DNA of 63,764 nucleotides, filler included, from Octopus bimaculoides (GCF_001194135.2; 13 parts of 13 records of this genome joined end to end with filler, not necessarily neighbours in it); one strand, 5' to 3'; counted from the first letter of the whole stretch, positions 36,511-51,240 are shown. Numbers and translations: made by a program. Notes: generated by a model from the sequence alone, not told the origin.

Positions 36511-37000
36511 ATTTTTAATAACAGAAAGAAAATAAATGTTCATGAGAATAGAACTGGCATGTATTGGTGGCAATCGTATCGCAAAAGAAGGGTTGTTTTG
36601 GTCACAGTGCATAAGTTCCCTTCCATAAAGTGTAAGGATAGGGTTAATCAAATCATCTACCATGTATTATTGATATTTATACGATCGATCTTGGGTGAGA
36701 ACAGAATTACAAAGGAACCTCCGCAGAGAATTCTGATTAAAAGTATATTGCTAGCCCGGCCTTCTGTTCTTGGTGCCAAGAAGTGTCGTCGTATGCGCGT
36801 GTGTGATTGTGTGTGCGTATGTGTGTGTTTGTGTGTGTGTGTGTTTGTGTGCATTTATATAAATGTATGTGTGCATATATATATATACATAAACATGTAT
36901 ATTAATATTAATATATGTATATATCTATGTGTATATGTGTGTATATAAATAGATACATACACCTAGGTATGGCACATACAAACATACACGCGCAATACAT

Positions 37001-37066
<66 letters not shown>

Positions 37067-37416
37067 TAAAGTATTACCTCAAACACCCGTTGATATCTAT
37101 GACAATGGAAATGGTTCCTCACACTGGCATAGAACCAATTCGCGTGGGGAAGTAGAAGAAGGAGAGGGGTTTAGTCGATTCATTCGATCCGAATAAAATA
37201 TTTATTTTATCGACCAAAACAGATGAAAGTGAAAGTCAAATCCGGGGATAATTCAACACGGAATATATTGAGAGTGGTGACATTAAACACGATAAGTTTT
37301 TAGTCCAATGTTCAAACGATCTCTCCGATTTGCCGATTTAAGATAATTATTATTATCATGATAAATCATTAAGAATAAAAGAAACTATTATCATAATTAT
37401 TATTATTCGTTATTAC

Positions 37417-37506
<90 letters not shown>

Positions 37507-37528
37507 TACTACTACTACTATTATTGAA

Positions 37529-37734
37529 GGCGGCGAGCTGAAAGAATCGTTAGCAGTCCAGGTGAAATGCTTAGCGGTATTTCGTCTGTCGCTACGTTCT
37601 GAGTTCAGATTCTGCCGAGGTCGAATTTGCGTTCCATCCTTTCAGGGATGATAAAATAAGTGCCAGTCAAGTACTGGGGTCAATGTGACAGATTGTCCCC
37701 CTCCCCACAAAAATCCAGGCTCTGTATAGAAAGA
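37529..37734 (+). mobile_element. Full-length SINE family A embedded in (ATT)n
   Basis: GGCGGCGAGCTG head; (ATT)n at 37419-37525 and 37735-37829. Confidence 0.9.
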
Positions 37735-37756
37735 ATTATTATTATTATTAATATCA

Positions 37757-37820
<64 letters not shown>

Positions 37821-37826
37821 CATCAT

Positions 37827-37986
37827 TATTCAGTAGTTTTATTTTTATAACGAGCTTTCACTTCACTACAGAGCGCAGCTCTGTGCGCCTTGGGTATGTG
37901 CTGTTGTTTGCTGTGATGCTCTTATGGTTACTGTATTGAAAATGTTTTCCGTAAGATGTGTGCAGTGCCCAGTTGTGCAATTTTCT
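37827..37986 (-). mobile_element. R4/Dong-like 3' end
   Basis: Reverse complement of 24565-24722; continues into a gap. Confidence 0.88.
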
Positions 37987-38386
37987 NNNNNNNNNNNNNN
38001 NNNNNNNNNNNNNNNNNNNNNNNNNNNNNNNNNNNNNNNNNNNNNNNNNNNNNNNNNNNNNNNNNNNNNNNNNNNNNNNNNNNNNNNNNNNNNNNNNNNN
38101 NNNNNNNNNNNNNNNNNNNNNNNNNNNNNNNNNNNNNNNNNNNNNNNNNNNNNNNNNNNNNNNNNNNNNNNNNNNNNNNNNNNNNNNNNNNNNNNNNNNN
38201 NNNNNNNNNNNNNNNNNNNNNNNNNNNNNNNNNNNNNNNNNNNNNNNNNNNNNNNNNNNNNNNNNNNNNNNNNNNNNNNNNNNNNNNNNNNNNNNNNNNN
38301 NNNNNNNNNNNNNNNNNNNNNNNNNNNNNNNNNNNNNNNNNNNNNNNNNNNNNNNNNNNNNNNNNNNNNNNNNNNNNNNNNNNNNN

Positions 38387-38446
<60 letters not shown>

Positions 38447-39279
38447 GATAAATAGATATATGAGCGAGGGAACGAAACAGGAAACGGTGTGATGCAGTGT
38501 TATCTTATAAAATGCTGGAGCTGTTAAAATACTTGTTATTTCTTATATCATCCCTCTGTGTATTTGTACAGTTGTCACACTTAACTACTACTGATTGTAG
38601 AGGCATTAACCTGATTTCAGCCTTTCATTACATCCTAGTGCATGAATACTACAATGAAACAATATTTTGTCTAATTATAAGACATTTTGTAACTTGTATT
38701 TACTAATTACCGTAAAGTAGGGAGAAAAAAATTAACGATGTTTTTTACCAACCTAAAATTAATTATCTACTTAACAAATACCATCAAAGAAAATTGACGC
38801 TACAATTTCCACAAGTAAACGAGTGTTGAGTTCGGACGTCTGCAGCAACTGTTGTGTTAATTTCCCCAGCTAATTTGCCGTACCGCAGCTATAATGAAAT
38901 ATGCAGCCCACAAATTCCACTAATCAGGAAGAGAAGGTCCGTGTTTTTCTTGATCTTAGCAGATATAAGTACTGATAAGATATAGTGCATCGTTCTCTAG
39001 ATTACTTCTAATACGAAGGGAGGTAATTACCTCCTAATAATTTGAAGCTAGTTTAGAGATTTGAATTTCAACGCAAGGAATGTGAAAGATTACGTAGCGT
39101 TCACATATGTTAATATATAATTTAATATTTTTTTTCTTAAAAGCTCTAACACGAAGTAGTTACAATCTTTTGTTAGAGGTAATCCTGTGAAGTACTATTC
39201 TGTCCTTTTTAGAAATCTTCAGCATCACGTAACCCGTAAACTTGCTAATTAGTTATATAATGAACAGGGAAATTACTAT

Positions 39280-39680
39280 TTTACCCTTTTACTCTCTTAA
39301 TTGTTTCAGTCATTTGGCTGCGGCCATGCTAGAGTACCACCTTAAAGGGTTTAGTCGAAGAAATCAACCCCAGGACTTATTCTTTGTAAGCCTAATACTT
39401 ATTCTATCGTTCTCTTTTGCCCAACCGTTATGTTACGGGGACGGAAACACACCAACATCGGTTGTCAAGGAATGGTGTGTGAAGGGAACTCAAAGGCAAA
39501 CACACAGACACAGACACATGCGCATATATACGACGGGCTCCTTTCAGTTTCCGTTTGCCAAATAAACTCACAAGGCTTTGGTTGGGTCAAGGCTATAGTA
39601 GAAAACACTAGCCTAAGGTGCCACGCATTGGGACTGAACGCGGAAGCATGTGGCTGGGAAGCAAGCTTCTTACCACACGC
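39280..39680 (-). mobile_element. SINE family B, full length
   Basis: Reverse complement of the 32040-32395 body plus head (GCAAGCTTCTTACCACAC). Confidence 0.9.
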
Positions 39681-40879
39681 GTATAATATATTTTTAAATC
39701 AAACACTAACAACATATGTATATATATATATATATATATATATCAATAAACTAGAAGGAACCATCAATAACTTCGTACTGCTATATAATATCAGTCTACC
39801 AAGATATGCCCCAGTAAAATAAATTAAGCAAATTCAGATCGAGAAATAGATGAAACCGCTTCAAACATGGTCGCACCTCACTGGAGAGCAAGGATCAGAC
39901 ACGTCATTGATAAGCCTAAAAGAGAAGCCGATTGAAATATTCGGCGAATAACCATGGAAAACCGTTGCGTAAGGACCAGGATAATGCTTACGGAGTGAGA
40001 ATAAGCAGAGGATCAGTGCGCTCCATTTTAACGGATTTGTGAATTCAGAGAATATGTACTAATACGAATACAAACATTCTTGAGCACGATGTTGATATCG
40101 TTTAGTTCATGTTGTTGATTCCGTTCTAATATCCAGCTTTGCGAAATGTTTAGTAATGAGAATAAATCTTGGAGGTGAGGCATCAGAAATCTCCTACATA
40201 ATCTCTGAAGTCATTTGATATACAAGAAAATGCCAAGACATTTTACACTTTAGCGCAGGTTGTGATCAGGTTAGTACCCTCGAGTATATCACGTTAGTGT
40301 CGGTTAACAAATGTATACATTTCATTTGCAGCGATGAAGTTATAAATCTACAGTTGTAACATTTGTTTATAAATCTTGTTTAAAACTACTGATACTTAAC
40401 AGAGATACTTTCGCTGTTGTTTGTTAATGTTTTATTTCTAAATTTCTCTCCTTTCAATACCTACATTATTTCATAATATTGGCTATGCAGCCTTACAAAG
40501 ATGTAGCTGCTGGATGGACAAAGACACAATGATAATGGAAAGAAAAAAATGGTTGGTGAGAGAAGTAGACAACGCCCGCCGCTTGCTGCTTCTCGAAAAC
40601 AGCGTTCTCTTTTTTCTTCAACAAAACAAAACGAGGTATTGAACCTCTTACCACAGATCAAAGAATGGAGGCAATCGTCTTTACAATTTAAGGCGCTGAG
40701 CCTCTTACCAAAAAATAAAAATTCAATTTCAAATCGAGGCACTAAGGCCTTTTACCTTTCCTCCTCGACCAGGTAATATGCCTCCCGAAGGCAATCCTGC
40801 AGGACCAGGGAAATGATATGTTCAGGGTGATGGACTCCTTTCCCAAGGGACCAATACAGTTTTGTTTTGTGGGGCCCTT

Positions 40880-41032
40880 TCTTGGGAAACTTAGCGGTTC
40901 GGAAAAAGTGGCCAATAGAATAAGTATTAGGCTCACAAAGAAGTCCAGGGCTCGATTTCTTCGACTAACAGGCGGTGCTCCAGCATGGCCACAATCAAAA
41001 TGAATGAAACAAGTAAAAGAATAAAAGAATAA
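40880..41032 (+). mobile_element. SINE family B 3' half
   Basis: AACTTAGCGGTTCGG..ATAGAATAAGTA..GGTGCTCCAGCATGGCCAC. Confidence 0.85.
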
Positions 41033-43197
41033 AAAAATCACCTGGCATTTGGCTATTCTCGGTTATAGTGAAGGGATTTCATTAACATACTGGCTTGGTT
41101 CGACATGTGCACAACATAGCATCCCTTAATCCACCAGTAATTCTGTTTTACATTAATATTTTTTGTGATTCTCGCTAAGTACAGATAGGTAATACTTAGC
41201 TCCAATTAAACGTGGATGCTTATATCACCAAAAGCCCATATGAGTTTCTCTCACGCTATCTACTGCAGTAAAGTTTCTTCTAATAAAACATCCACGTTTA
41301 AGAGAGGTTAAATATTACCATTTAGTATTAATACTGCCACTGTCCCTAATATATAACTAGGTACAGAGTTCACTCCCTGTACTGATTCGAGCGAGAAGAC
41401 GTTGCAGTCAATGCGTTGCACCAACTGATATGGGAGCTCTACAGTTTTAGTAGGCTATGAAGTAAGTGTTTTCTGCAACAAAAGGCTCCCATCAAAAATA
41501 AAATTTGAACCGAAAATGTAAAGAACCGGACACAACTACTGAATAGCATTTCAGCCTACGCACAGAGTACTAACAACTCGAAAGAAAATACCACATTAAT
41601 TATCTGCAGAGAAAGATATTTCATCTTTATGAAACTGTAAATTTGATAAATCGCTTACTTGTTTATTCATATATATATATGAGTTTGAAAGGCAAAATTC
41701 TTATATTTCCAAGAAAATTTGATGTGAATTAATGAAATATTCTTAAATGAGGATAATTAGAGATTGCTGTGTGTGTATATTATTTGAAATTATAAAAAGT
41801 GAAATAAAACGAACTATTGTTCGGAAAGTGTAAATATGAGAAAGGAAATTGTATGTTTGATAAGCAGTTTTACATGGATGTCATTGGAATCACCCAGAGC
41901 GATAGCATTACACACATTGAAAGGAATAGAAAAAAGAAGTAAAAGCAACTAATCATGGAAGTATTTCAGAAGGGAAGATACAGAACATCTTAGGGTAGTA
42001 ACAGAAAAAAAATATCATTATAGATGTATAATCCATAAAAATATAGTATTACGGATTAAACACATTTTGTTCTGTTTTCAAACATTACTTTGAGAGTCTC
42101 TGTTACACGGCAACATGGTGATATATGGAATATAGACATTGTCGCAAGTGTTAAAATAAATGTGATCTACAATCGTTCACGAAAGAAAATATGTCATATA
42201 TTAAAATCATGCAAAGCAATGATATTTATTTCTAGCAGAGAAAATTTTCTTTATAATGTATTTTTCGCAGAAATAAATATAATGTTACATAAAATATTAA
42301 AATATGTTATGATATAAAATTATATTTTACTTCAAAATTATATTCAACACTGAAAGCAGTAAATGTTATTCTGTTTTAATGTATATATTACAATAGAGTA
42401 GTTGAATACTCACACATACATATATACGTACAGACATGCAAGCATCAATACGTGTATTCACGTAATTATGTATGTATGATGACAAAGTTCCTAGCCGTCG
42501 CAAGTGAATATGTTCTGGGAGCCTGTACCTTGTATCGAGATTACATTTGTTATTTCAGGTTTCTACAAGCCGTCAGCAAAGATATTCACGTTCTCCACCT
42601 TTTCTCTCAGCGAAATACCTAGAATATGACAGACAGAGAGAGCTTCATCGGTAGTCAGTCGGTACTCATATTTTACATCAGCAGACTTCAGCAACATGAA
42701 ATGAAGTACCTTTCGAAAGGTACAACCTATCCTCCGGTTCAACACTAGGGCATGTTTATATACATATGCCTAAATATATAAGCAATTATGTACATATATA
42801 TATAGACACACACGCACACTCACACGAATAGTTCATAAAGCATTATGAGATATATATAAATGTATCAAATTTTCTTTTTATTAAAGCCAAACAATTCAAG
42901 TCATAAGAAATGTTTAGTACTAGTACCTGCTATTTCAAAGTTTCAGTGTTAGGAGTGATAATGCATCTTCTGTCAAAAAAACAGATAGAGAAATCCTACA
43001 CTCTCAAAACATCCAATTTTTCCATTGAAGTTACAGAAAGAAACATTGGAAACTTGAGAATAAAAGAAGCTATTTTAAGTAACAAGTACAGCCGCGAACT
43101 GATATCAACTGCTTGCAGCTGACTGGTCGCATGAGTAACGCAAAATGACACTTCATACTACACACGCTACTGAGCAGACACAAACACACACACACAT

Positions 43198-43237
<40 letters not shown>

Positions 43238-45048
43238 NNNNNNNNNNNNNNNNNNNNNNNNNNNNNNNNNNNNNNNNNNNNNNNNNNNNNNNNNNNNNNN
43301 NNNNNNNNNNNNNNNNNNNNNNNNNNNNNNNNNNNNNNNNNNNNNNNNNNNNNNNNNNNNNNNNNNNNNNNNNNNNNNNNNNNNNNNNNNNNNNNNNNNN
43401 NNNNNNNNNNNNNNNNNNNNNNNNNNNNNNNNNNNNNNNNNNNNNNNNNNNNNNNNNNNNNNNNNNNNNNNNNNNNNNNNNNNNNNNNNNNNNNNNNNNN
43501 NNNNNNNNNNNNNNNNNNNNNNNNNNNNNNNNNNNNNNNNNNNNNNNNNNNNNNNNNNNNNNNNNNNNNNNNNNNNNNNNNNNNNNNNNNNNNNNNNNNN
43601 NNNNNNNNNNNNNNNNNNNNNNNNNNNNNNNNNNNNNNNNNNNNNNNNNNNNNNNNNNNNNNNNNNNNNNNNNNNNNNNNNNNNNNNNNNNNNNNNNNNN
43701 NNNNNNNNNNNNNNNNNNNNNNNNNNNNNNNNNNNNNNNNNNNNNNNNNNNNNNNNNNNNNNNNNNNNNNNNNNNNNNNNNNNNNNNNNNNNNNNNNNNN
43801 NNNNNNNNNNNNNNNNNNNNNNNNNNNNNNNNNNNNNNNNNNNNNNNNNNNNNNNNNNNNNNNNNNNNNNNNNNNNNNNNNNNNNNNNNNNNNNNNNNNN
43901 NNNNNNNNNNNNNNNNNNNNNNNNNNNNNNNNNNNNNNNNNNNNNNNNNNNNNNNNNNNNNNNNNNNNNNNNNNNNNNNNNNNNNNNNNNNNNNNNNNNN
44001 NNNNNNNNNNNNNNNNNNNNNNNNNNNNNNNNNNNNNNNNNNNNNNNNNNNNNNNNNNNNNNNNNNNNNNNNNNNNNNNNNNNNNNNNNNNNNNNNNNNN
44101 NNNNNNNNNNNNNNNNNNNNNNNNNNNNNNNNNNNNNNNATATATATATATATATATACTTTATACTAAAGCATATTACTCTACCTCTGGTATTTGAGTA
44201 CTCATTTTTCCACCTTGTTGCACATTGCATGTGCTTACTCCGGTATATATATATATATGTATATAGACAGAAGCTTCATTTCATAGAGTGAACGAGTGAA
44301 TGAAAGACAAAGAAAGAGTGAGATATACACAGAGAGAAATAGTCTGAAATTTTAAATGTCAACATATTTACTTGTGAAAGTTGGATGTTGGAACATTTTG
44401 TCTGGAAATTAATTTTTTTTGCTTATTATTATTTCAACAACAGATTTCAAAGTTTCAAAATATCGCTTCCTGTTGTCAATATTGCGCAAACATAATCTCA
44501 TAACACTTTCAAAAAATGTCATTATTGATGCAAGTAAAAGCCTATGCTACAACTACTAACTCATTGTCAGAACCAAAATATACAATCCCAGAACCTTACA
44601 CGTCCCATGCTTTCCATCCGCCATGGATTGTTTTATGAACACAGATTGGATAACAAAACCGTTCTTTTTACTTTTCCATTGTTACACTGTTTTCATTGTT
44701 CCTTCTTCAGCTAACCAATCTTAGCAGTGAATTATAGAAGTTCTTTGGATATTGTAATATCGATTCATTTTATATTGGACAAGCAGTAAATTGCAGTAGG
44801 TTACGCAAGCTCTACATTTCTATGTGAAGTATAAGCAAATAGACTTACAAACTGCCTCTATGTTTATGGCACAAGAACAAAAACAGCAATGAGGAAAAGT
44901 GGAACGTAGGTACGTACGTACGTATGTATGTCAATATATATGCTTGTATGTATGGGTGTATGCATGAATGTATGTATATGTGTATCTGTGCGTGCGCGTA
45001 TATGAGTATTCATATATATGTATATGTATATATGTATATATATGTATG

Positions 45049-45116
<68 letters not shown>

Positions 45117-45144
45117 TGTATATATACCTGTGTATGTGTATGTG

Positions 45145-45195
<51 letters not shown>

Positions 45196-45204
45196 GAACA
45201 ATCT

Positions 45205-45625
45205 TTAATCTTTTATGTTTTCGGTCATTCAACTGCGGATAAACTTCGGTCACCGCATAGAAATTTGAGTCGAAACATTGACCCTACTGCATATATTTTA
45301 TATCTGGTAATTATTCAACCGAGGTTGTTCAAAGGGAAGGGAATCAAACCAACATCGGTTCTAAAGCACTGGCAGGACACAACAACATGAACATAACACA
45401 ACACAAGTACACACTCACACATGGATGCATACATACATAGATACACACACATAGACGTATACATATATACACATAAGGGGTCGTTTGAGGTTTACAATTA
45501 CCCAATCTCCTCACACGAGGAGATTGGGTAATCGAACCGGTGTTATAACAAGACACTTGCCCATGGTCCTGCGCAGCGAGATTCAACCTGAAGCTATATG
45601 ACTGGGAAGCAAGCTTCTTCACTGC
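45205..45625 (-). mobile_element. Degenerate SINE family B-related copy
   Basis: CCAACATCGGTT, AAGACACTTGCCCATGG and GGAAGCAAGCTTCTT remnants. Confidence 0.55.
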
Positions 45626-46167
45626 GCATACTCATGTGAAACTTCTATATGTTTATGTAACTGAATGTGTGTATACATATATATGTATGTATATACATAA
45701 ATGTATATATACGGGGACACAGACTCTTATATATACAGACACACATACACACACATATATATCTGTTGCTTTTTCGTGAATTCTCCCATATATATATATA
45801 TATATATATAGACTTTGTAGCGACAGCCATGACTTTGAGACTCAGTCTCAACTCATGGCTCACCACTTTAGCCTGCGTGGATATCCACCCACCACCATCC
45901 ACACCGCCCTTGCCAGAGCACGTTCTGTGGACCGTGCATCTGCTCTCTCCCCCCGAACCCGCCCTGCCGTTTCCCGCCTCCCTTTTCCCCTCACCTACCA
46001 TCCCACCACCCTACCCCTCCAACGCTCCATTCTCCGAGCTTTTCGGCGCCTCCAGTCCGACCCCTCCNNNNNNNNNNNNNNNNNNNNNNNNNNNNNNNNN
46101 NNNNNNNNNNNTTAATTAATTAANNNNNNNNNNNNNNNNNNNNNNNNNNNNNNNNNNNNNNNNNNNN

Positions 46168-46350
46168 ATCGCTTGTCAACCAATGGTGGTGTGTTTATGT
46201 CCTCGTCAACTAGCGGTTCGGCAAAAGAGAGACTGATAGAATAAGTACTAGGCTTACAAAGAATAAATCCTGGGGTTGATTTGGTCGACTAAAGGTGGTG
46301 CTCCAGCATGGCCACAGTCAAATGACTGAAACAAGTAAAAGAGTAAAGAG
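46168..46350 (+). mobile_element. SINE family B 3' half
   Basis: Matches 32205-32395. Confidence 0.88.
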
Positions 46351-46389
<39 letters not shown>

Positions 46390-47029
46390 GAGAGTGAGAG
46401 GACATGCCATTAAGGAAAATTGTCATCAAAATGCATGTCATTAAACAAAGAGAGAGGCAAGAAACAAAAGTGAAGCTTACAAATAGTGAAGAATTACTGA
46501 ACAAGACAAAGTACAATGTGCACAAATGAAAGAAAAGATTAGGGAGAATCATTATAGATACATTATATTAATTACATAGAACAATGCTAAACTATCTGTG
46601 GCTGTCACTCCCAGTTGAGTATAAGTTGGAAGTATGTAAAATATTTTCACTAATTGTTTTTGGAGATCATGTTGTCACAAACAGACACCAACATCTTGTT
46701 GGTCCTTCCATTTTTGATTTAGGGGAACATGTTAACTGTGACAACTGGAGGGAAAGAGGATTATAACTGGGCTGTTATTTAAAACTGCATTTTCTGGAGT
46801 ACGAGTTGAATTTTGACCAAAATTTGCAGCCAAAGAAGGTAGGTTGGCTTATACATCAAAACAGCTAGGTTGGCTTATACATCAAGACAGCTTTGGAGAA
46901 ACAAACATTTCATGTGAAATGCATCAGGATTTTGGAAAGATAGCAAAGATGTTTGAATGTTTACACTGTATACCATGTCCACTTGTATGCTGGGAAATAT
47001 GGTGTGCTGAACTTGAAAGAGTGAAAGGC

Positions 47030-47520
47030 AAAATTAACCTTTGTAGGACTTGAACTCAGTATCCAAAGAGCTGGAACAGATATTGATTTCAAATTTCGGC
47101 ACAACGCCAGCAATTTCAGAGGCAGGAATTAGTTGATTATATCAACTCTAGTGTTCAACTGGTACTTACTTTATTGACCCCAAAAGGAGGAAAGGCAAAA
47201 TCGACCTCAGCAAAATTTGAACTCTGAACATAAGCAGAGACAAAATACTGCTAAGCATTTTGTCTGGCATGATTCTGCTAGCTTGCCACTTTACAGCTGG
47301 AATAAATATTGAGTTCAAATTTTGGTACAAGGCCAGTAGCTTTGGGGAGGGGACTAAGTCAATTAAATCAACCCCAGTGTTCAACTGGTACTTATTTTAT
47401 TGAACCTGAAAAGATGAAAGCAAAGTCGACGTTCACAGAATTTGAACTCAGAATGTAAGGATAGATGAAATGCCGCTAAGCATTTTGCCCGATGTGCCAA
47501 CAGTTCTGCCAGCTCACCAC
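47030..47520 (-). mobile_element. Three tandem SINE family A copies
   Basis: Repeated CAACTGGTACTTA..TTGA.C..AAAG..GAAAG.CAAA.TCGAC..GAACTC units at about 47035-47075, 47085-47290 and 47310-47520. Confidence 0.8.
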
Positions 47521-48499
47521 TTTATAACAGGAACAAATATTGCTATAGGTTCTATCCTACACTTTAGCAACTCTGTCAACTGACCATCTTCAAACAGAGC
47601 TGAATGATAAAAAAGGAAATGGCAGTAGGTATAAATGCTCTGGTGATTGCTGTTGTATGTTGTAGTTATAATACTCACCATTGGAAGTTAAATGAATTTG
47701 TAAGACTAGACAGGAAACCAGGAAAATAATGATAGCATTATTGATGAATATAGCAAGAGGAAAACTTCTATAATATATTTACTGCAGGACTGTAAAAATA
47801 TTTAGTAAAATATAAAAAGGAAAGTGAAACGATTAGTTACAAAACATGAGCAAAAATAAAAAAATAAATAAATTTTAAAAAACCTGTTTTCTGTCTCGAG
47901 GGAAACCGACAAATATAAATCAGAGGTTCAGGTAAAAACAGCAGCTGTGAGGAAGATGGAGAAATAACAACAGAAATGATTGAAAAATGCTAAAAACTGA
48001 CTAGGAAATAAAACTGTAAAATATTATTGGCAACCAAAAAAAAAGATTAAAAAAACAGAAAGAATAAAGAAAGGAAGTTTTTACATGACAAATACCTGAC
48101 AACTTGGAAAAGAAATGGATAAAGAAAATCCTAACATGGCACAGTAATCAAAATTGAGACAGAAAGATTCTGATTGTAGTATAAGACTTCCCATCAGACA
48201 GAACTAAAAATATATAATAGAATGCTGTGTAAAAATATGAACAGCAAAACATGTGGTGTCTATGAAAAAATAATCAATTGTATAGTTCCTGGATGTTTAT
48301 GTGTTCTTTTGCTAAAAACAGAATATATAAAGAGATATAAGAGAGGAAAGGGTTTTAATAAACTGGAAATAAACTACAAAATATATCAGCATTATGGAAT
48401 ACTGAAATGAAAGTGCTGCTATAAACAAACATTCAATGGAAAATATCTCAGTAAATAACAAAGTGACCATATACTGAGGAGAGATATGGTGGTTTAGAA

Positions 48500-49265
48500 A
48501 GATAAAAAGATTAATGAAAATTATTCAGATATTAGTGTCACAGTCTTGATGTATCAATGCCAATAAACAGCATTTCTGAAAGAAATGAGAGATGTGGAAT
48601 GTATCTTGATATAAATATTTGGAACTAGAAATAACCAGAGTGTCAGGGAGCAAAAAACTAATACAATCCCTAGAGTGTCTTGCAAACAATAAAAAGATAT
48701 GCAGAGAAATGCATCTCTAAAACATCAGGAATTAGACATATTCGTTGGTGTAGCAGAAGCATTGTAAACTGCTACGAAGGCAAAGGAGATGCCTTGGAGA
48801 AAGGAAATTATAGATGAGTCAAAATACAATATCAGATTATGAAGGTCATGAAGTGTCACAGCACAATTTATTCATGACAGAGTCGACCTAGATGAGATGT
48901 GGTTTGGCTTTGTGCCTAGCAGTGGTATCACAGATGCAATTTTCCTGGTAAGGCAACTGTAAGAGAAATATTTGGCTAACATTAAACCACTATTCCTGGT
49001 ATCTATTGACTTGGGGAAGGGCTTTGACAGGGTACCTAAGTAACTTAGTGGTTACTAAGGAAATTGGGTGTAGATGAATGGTCTGTGAGAGCCGTACAGG
49101 TGAGATATAAAGATGCAGACAGTAAATTGAGAGTCAACAATGATTTTAGTGACATATTTAGTGTGAAGGTAGGAGTTCATCAAACTTTAGTCCTCAACCC
49201 TCTCCTATTTATTCTAGTCCGATGAGTCATCAGGGAGTAATTTAAGACTGGCTTTCCGTGGGAAC
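48500..49265 (+). mobile_element. RTE LINE RT fragment, degenerate
   Basis: DEMWFGFVPSSGITDAIFLVRQL.EKYLA..KPL.LV.IDLGKGFDRVP, VGVHQ..VL.PLLFI, GFPWELLY. Confidence 0.85.
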
Positions 49266-49269
49266 TCCT

Positions 49270-49480
49270 CTATTCTTTTACTTTTTCTTTTTATTTGTTT
49301 CAGTCACTTGACTGTGGCCATGCTGGAGCACTGCCTTAAAGAGTTTTAGTCAAATGAATCAGGATTTATTCTTTTGTAAGTCTAGTACTTATTCTATTGG
49401 TCTCTTTTATCAAACTGCTAAGTTACAAGAACATAAACACATCAGCATTGGTTGTCAAGCAAGAGATGGGGGACAAACAC
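49270..49480 (-). mobile_element. SINE family B 3' half
   Basis: TTGTTTCAGTCA.TTGACTGTGGCCATGCTGGAGCAC. Confidence 0.85.
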
Positions 49481-49618
49481 ACACACACACATAAATACAC
49501 ACACCTGCATCTCCTTCTACACTGAAATAACCTACCAATTACATGTCTTCTGTATGTCTCTGTCTCTCTGTTTCTATCTCTCTATCTCTCCTTCTTTCAT
49601 CCTCTCTCATTCTCATTG

Positions 49619-49619
<1 letters not shown>

Positions 49620-49666
<47 letters not shown>

Positions 49667-50330
49667 CCATCATCATTTCATGTCCATTTTCCATGCTGGC
49701 ATGGCTTAGACAGTTTGACTGGAATTTGTAAGCTGAAGAGCTACACTAAGCTCCAGTCTGTTTTGGCTTGGTTTCTACAGCTGGATGCCCTTCCTAATAC
49801 CAATCACTCTACTGAGTATACTAAGTACATTCCATATATCACTGGCACAGATGACTTTTATATGTCACTAACATGGGTGCCTTTTACATGTCACTGGCAC
49901 AGGTGCCTCTCACAAGTCACTGACACAAGTGCCTTTTATGTGTCACCAACACAGATGGCTTTTACATGTCACTGACACTGGCCATGACCACAATTTCACT
50001 TTCCCACTTCTGATCTACCATTCACTGATCCCACCTTTCAAACCCATCAAATTTCTACAGTTGTCACCTACTCTTCCCTATCCACCCACACTCCCTGTTC
50101 TCTTGTCCCCACTCACTTCTTTTCACTCCATACCTATGGGATCCACCCTGACACTTCATCACCACAATTTCGACCTCTTTCTAGTTCCACCCTGGTCATT
50201 CCAGCCCTCTCTCTTATAATATGAGGAACCATGTAGATCCTATACAGTAAAAGCCCTGTTCTTTTCTCACTTCTTCCATCAGACATTAACTCCTCATCTC
50301 CAAGCAGCAGGCTGCCTCCCTTTCTAAAAT
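49620..50330 (-). mobile_element. RTE 3' terminus with (GAT)n tail and degenerate upstream sequence
   Basis: Shares CCATGCTGGCATGG..CTGGATGCCCTTCCTAATACCAA with 17405-17740. Confidence 0.7.
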
Positions 50331-50564
50331 CAAATGGGATCCTAATCTTGCAAACTGCATGACGGCCTCACTGGTGATGGTGTCACGAAAAAGGAGAAAA
50401 AGCACTCAATACATGTTGCAAAGTGGTTGGTATTAGGAAGGACATTCATTTGTAGAAACTAAACCATGGCAAAGCAAATACAGGAGTGTAGTGGAGTTTC
50501 TTGGACCCATCAGATCCTTGTCAAACCATCCAACTCATGTCCTGCATGGAGCATGGACATTAAA

Positions 50565-50565
<1 letters not shown>
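50330..50565 (+). mobile_element. RTE 3' terminus running into the long (GAT)n tract
   Basis: GTGGTTGGTATTAGGAAGG.CAT..GTAGAAAC..GCATGGA..ATGGACATTAAATGATGATG. Confidence 0.75.
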
Positions 50566-51000
<435 letters not shown>

Positions 51001-51003
51001 AAC

Positions 51004-51240
51004 AGAAAATAGTACTACAAGGCACTGCACACATGTTGTATAGAATTACTCTCAATACAGTAAAATTAAAATTCTAATCATCAAAAAAGGAAAATAGAAA
51101 AAGAAAGAAAAAAAAGAAGAAAGACAGCACTACACATACACAAGGCACACAAATCTGTGCTTGGCTATGCCAGTGAAAGCTCAGAATAACAATAAGACTA
51201 CGGGAACAACAACAAGCACAAAGAAACAGCAAAATAAACA
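51004..51240 (+). mobile_element. Degenerate R4/Dong-like 3' end
   Basis: AGAAAATAGTACTACAAGGCACTGCACACAT..CTCAATACAGTA resembles 24563-24722. Confidence 0.6.

Noticed and set aside
38497-38706. Plus-strand ORF with signal-peptide-like start (MLELLKYLLFLISSLCVFVQ)
   Set aside because: Short, AT-rich, no good donor or homology; hydrophobic ORFs are common by chance in such DNA.
40497-40615. Alternative minus-strand leader exon (..SLTNHFFLSIIIVSLSIQQLHL-C, phase-1 donor GTAAGG)
   Set aside because: Hydrophobic and phase-compatible with 7408, but no in-frame ATG after the upstream stop and only weak acceptors; not supportable without transcripts. Similar weak candidates near 32710, 44597 and 56950 were also dropped.
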